A stretch of 28,247 nucleotides of DNA from Proteromonas lacertae (taxonomy: Eukaryota). The position numbers and the translations under genes were made by a program. The DNA lies in the NCBI GenBank assembly GCA_002245135.1, contig NGBS01000321.1:62001-90247 (forward strand), given 5' to 3'. The notes under the pieces are model-generated. The model had not been told where the DNA came from and did no database searches. It saw nothing but the letters and a program-made list of their open reading frames with translations. Position 1 is the first letter of the stretch; every line of letters begins with the position of its first letter. Below are positions 23,570 to 28,247 of the stretch, piece by piece.

Positions 23570-26500
23570 TTACTCAATAATATATTCATTATTGTTATAC
23601 AACTCATCAAATTCTTCAATTATATCCTTCTCACTCTCTGTTGTATTTTCAGAATACAATATAGAAGATCCATACATATCTCTAAGTCCAGATTTATCTT
23701 TGTTACTATTGACAAGTCTATTGATTAGAACGATTAATAATAATTATATATACTCTCTTAGATGGATAAAGCAATTATCTTTAGATACACATATCAATAA
23801 TACTGAAGCATTTGAATACTCTTTAAGAAGCTCATTTTTACTATAAAAACAATAAAACAACAATGAAAATATACTTTTTTCTTTCACAAAATATCTTACC
23901 TTCTACTTCATTATATTTCTTTATTTTCATGTTATTAATTTGATATTTCTCTTTATTCAATATAATAAAGAGATTTGGCAATGTATTTTCCTCATTAAAT
24001 AGACTTATTGGTATATATAAACAACTTACTTCATATAAACTATTCTTTCCATCTTTTCTATGTAAAGATTTTACTGTTTTACTCTCATTTGATTGGATAT
24101 TATTAAAGAACATATCTTTTTCCACCAATGAATCTTCATAATTCAAACTGCAATAAAATCCATTTCTAATCAAATTACTGCCATATTCACCTCTCAAACT
24201 ATTCTTACTTATTTTTATACATTCTTTTGGATCAAGCTGACCACAAGCCTGTAAACAATGTGAAACGGCATTAATTCTTTTTAATAACAGAACAACTACT
24301 TCACCTTCTTTACAATAATCTTTAAACTGATTATAATCACTATCAGTAAGTTTATTATGTGAAATAGTAATATAAGGATGAGTAGAATAAGATTCACAGT
24401 GTTTTTTAATATTATTATATAAATAATCTATCTCTTTATCACTTAATATTTTCATTTTTATATCTACTACTTCCATTTTTTCATTATTATTCAATCTCTT
24501 GATTATTTTCGGCAAGTTATTTTTCCTTATTATTTCATTATAGATAATAAGCGTGGTTGTTATTTCTGGAATACTATCATAAAACCATCTTTCAATACCA
24601 ACAGATGTAGATGAAGGAGATGATATAAATATATTATTATATATACCATAATTAATTTCACTATTAGTAAAAGTAAGTGATAATAATTTATAAGTAACCA
24701 TTTGGTCATGAGGGTAATAAATACATAATTTTGATTGATCACTTGCAAACTATACAATAATATAATAATAATATAATATACTTGTCCTCTAATTGAGTTT
24801 GGATTATTCATTCTACATTTCCAGTAGTTAAATTCACCAATCAACTTTTCTAATTGTTCATAAATATGGGTACTTTTCACTAATAATAATAAATAAGGAG
24901 ATTCTTTAAAGGATTCTTCTTTTTCTATTTCATTTCTAAACTCATCAGGAATTGTAGATAAAAGTGATTTTATGTATATTTCAGGTAAATTATTCAACAT
25001 TTTTACACCAATCAATTCTAATTCAGTATCTTTAAATAGTATATTAAATATCTCACCAATTGCTTCTACAGATGAATCAAAACTATCAGAAGTGATTGTT
25101 AATATTTCAATATGCTCATATCCTTCGTTATAATACATTTTCTTATTTACTAATTTAGATATATCATCAGAGTTTGGTACTTGATATATTTTTGTGATTA
25201 ATTCTTCTAAATTTGTTTTGATTTCTTCTTCATCGTATGGAATATATAACACATCATTCTTTGTAATTAATAATTTTTGATATAACTTTGTATTTAAGTC
25301 TTTCAATGTCATTATACAGTTCTCTCTTTCTACTACTATTATACTACAATATTTATCACTAATATATATTGGGAAAGATAAATCACTTGTTTTGAAACGA
25401 TTAAATGACTTTATAGAGAATCCATTATGAATTAAAAACTAATTTAAATATATATTATATATTATATATATATAAATATACTGTAAATAATTTACCAAGT
25501 CTATCTTGTCCAAATTTCATATCTAATATTAAATAACTACTTTCTATATTATGATGTATTAATGTATAACATGGTCTTGGTGTAATATTGAAATTCCATT
25601 GGCTTAAACCATTACAAGGAAATCTTCCACCAAAATAGAGTGATAAATAATAGTAAGGTATTTGATTATTATAATATATTTCCATTAGTTTTGGATATAC
25701 TTTTGTAGGTGCATTTTCATCTATTTCTTCATCATCACCAGTTTCTATATTACTGTATATTGATCTTAATGAGTTTGGATTAGATGAATAAGTTGACTTT
25801 GTATCTCCTAATGCGTTGTACCATATTAAATTGGCATGATATCCTCTGATGGCTATACATAAACTACCATCTTCAATATCATTATCATTATGTCTATTTG
25901 AATAATAATAATAATATATATATACATTAATCTCATTCCAGATATGTACAATCCTTCATTAATTATTCTATTAAATATTTCACTCAATATCTATTATTCA
26001 TAATAAAACATTAAAAATATATTTATACTTTATTATCATTATATATAACAGGTGGAATAATGCCAATAATTGATTCTGGTTCATATTTATTATTATCATT
26101 GTTATTATTATTAAAAGCTTCAAATGATGGAATTCTACTAAATAACAACAATGAAGTGTTATTTTTACACTGACTTGGTTTGCCAATCAAATTATTATCT
26201 TTAATAATATGAATAACTCCTAACTCCCAAATACTATTAACATTGGTAATAGAAGCGATATTTTTACTATTAAACACTGCATTTAATGGAGTTGTCATTA
26301 ATATCATTTGAATATTGTCACTTAAATCAACAGAACCATCGTTCATATTGAAGGCTAAATATACAACTGGACAAGTATTATTATTTTCTTTATTGTTTAT
26401 TGGCATTAGATTTGGCTTTTCTATTGGATAGTTTGTTACTGTATATAAACAGCCTATCAGATTGCCAGGAATTGTGATGGATGGATCATACAGTGGATGT

Positions 26501-28247
26501 GAAGAGAGTAAAAATGAAATTAATTCGTTGAAAGCTAATGGTGGTATTTTATCTATTTATAAATAACATATATAAATATATAATAAACTTATATACTCTT
26601 TTCTATTGCAACAACACAATATGCTTCTTCTGGTATAGTTTCATCAGGATTATTATATAACTTATCCCATAAATACTTTGGTAAGAATGGGATTAATGGT
26701 TTATAAGATACTTCACGATGATAAACTGGATGTTTAATATTATTATATAATCCTCTCTCTATTGCATCTTTACGTGTTTTAATCTTTTCATCATCAACTT
26801 CAATCCTACATACAAATACATATTAATAGTTATACTGTTTACTTGTTGATTCTATTGTTGTTGTATTACTTTTTGTTGGTGTTGTTTTTACTGGTTTTGG
26901 TGGACTACCTTGTTTAATCACTTTCTCCAATATCTTATCATTTTCTAATTCCTTTTCTGATTTCTTTGGTGATGTAAACTGTTTAATTATCTTCTCTTCA
27001 TTATTAGTTGGAATAATTACTGACGGTTTAACTTCATTATTATTTAGTTTATTAATAACTGATTTTGTCTTTAACTTGTCTCTTTGTGATCTGAAGAATT
27101 CTTCATCATCACTATCTTCTTCTTCTTCTTCACTATTAATTTCATTATTATTATTATCATTATTATGATTTCTATAATAATTTACTTTACTACTTATCTT
27201 AGGTTGATTATTATCTTCAATTATTGTATTTCTCTTATTCAATATTTCATTCTCTACTTCTTTTATCTTTATTTCTTCAATTTCTTTCTTATTTCTATCC
27301 TTTTCTTCTTCTTCATTATCATTCATTTGTTTTAACATTTCTTCTTCTCTTTTCTTCATTTTGTCATTGATTTCATCTTTTATTTCATTTCTTCGCTTAT
27401 TATCTCGTCTATTTGGCTTATTTCCACTGTTTTCTTTATCTTTATCTTCTACTACAACTATATAATCCTTAGTTACTTCTTTCTTTGTTGGTTTATTGAG
27501 AGTATGATTACTTAACTCCTCCAATGCTTCTGTCATTATATTCAAATTACTTAGAAAGGAATTTACTGCTTTATTCTCAAATTTATACTCAGGAAATGGT
27601 TTTTTAAAATCTTCTAAGTCTTTTTCACTAAATTCAAAATCCTTTTCGTTAAATTCATCATCCTTTAACGGATCATTATTCAATAATTCGAATATTTCTA
27701 ATAACTCAGGACTTGGTTTATAATCATCACTTGGTTTAAAAGAGGATAGTATATCTTCATTAAATGGTAATTCTAAACTGGATTTATCTGAATTAGTTGA
27801 AGGAGGTGGTGGTGGTTCATTTGATTGTACTGATGTAACCGGTGAGATTTTATTCTTCTCATTTTCAAGTTCAAATGATTGTATTGGCTTTTCAAGACTT
27901 TTCTCATCTAAATTTTCGATATTTTTGATAACCACCACTTTTAAACGGAATACGATGCTCAAAACTGTCAATATTCAAGGGAACTACTTCCTATATTATT
28001 AAATTAGCATTATAACTTACTTCTTCATCATCATCCTCTTCTTCACTCTCCTCATTCATCGAAGGAATATTTATTTGCACTTCATTGTAAATGTTATTCA
28101 CCTAAATATAAATTAGCACATATACTCTTTCTGTAAGTGTATCTTTGAAAATATTGAAATTTGATGGTTCTAGTTGCTCTTCTGTATTCTTGCCATTACT
28201 CTCCTATGCATAGTATTATATCATCCAAATTAATTATATACTTTATT
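23570..28247 (-). CDS. Large spliced gene (5' end outside the window): acidic disordered N-terminal region followed by several degenerate nucleoside-diphosphate-kinase-like domains
   Basis: Exons join through more than 10 short introns and one +1 shift near 27924. NDK-like segments: GLYISGMRL...NPNSLRSIYS...YFGGR; LELIGVKML...NPNSIRGQF; CGQLDPKE...NSLRGEYGSNLIRNGFYCS...EKDMFF; GLRDMYG...SEKDIIEEF. TAA at 23570-23572. Confidence 0.72.

Noticed and set aside
8966..23846. Short opposite-strand ORFs over THOC1, VPS41, the BRO1-like genes, the transposase, the deaminase and the NDK-like gene
   Set aside because: Antisense to well-supported genes; no independent evidence.
1..28247. Prokaryotic features (operons, CRISPR arrays, defence islands) and rRNA/tRNA genes
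   Set aside because: The window is intron-rich eukaryotic DNA; I saw no repeat-spacer array or structured RNA gene signature.

Overview
AT-rich (roughly 25% GC by eye), gene-dense eukaryotic nuclear DNA with tiny GT-AG introns (about 24-50 nt, mostly GTATA...TAG), short intergenic spacers (about 50-215 bp) and the standard genetic code. The style suggests an anaerobic stramenopile-like protist (Blastocystis/Proteromonas type); this taxonomy is inference only. Most supplied ORFs are exons, and I re-spliced them by hand into 11 host genes: the 5' end of an unknown gene; a very long Hsp70/Hsp110-like gene with a repeated helical tail; a Tim21 apparently fused to a thioredoxin-like domain; THOC1; VPS41; TSR2; two tandem paralogous BRO1-like genes; a cytidine deaminase-SAM-EF-hand-Tudor fusion; a DOT1-like methyltransferase; and the 3' part of a large gene with several degenerate NDK domains. 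Between the BRO1-like paralogs lies a complete 3,096-bp pogo/Tigger DNA transposon (perfect 23-bp TIRs, TA target duplication). Its transposase has an in-frame loss of the segment carrying two of the three catalytic Asp residues. Seven +1 frameshifts interrupt otherwise intact genes and are most likely consensus insertion errors.
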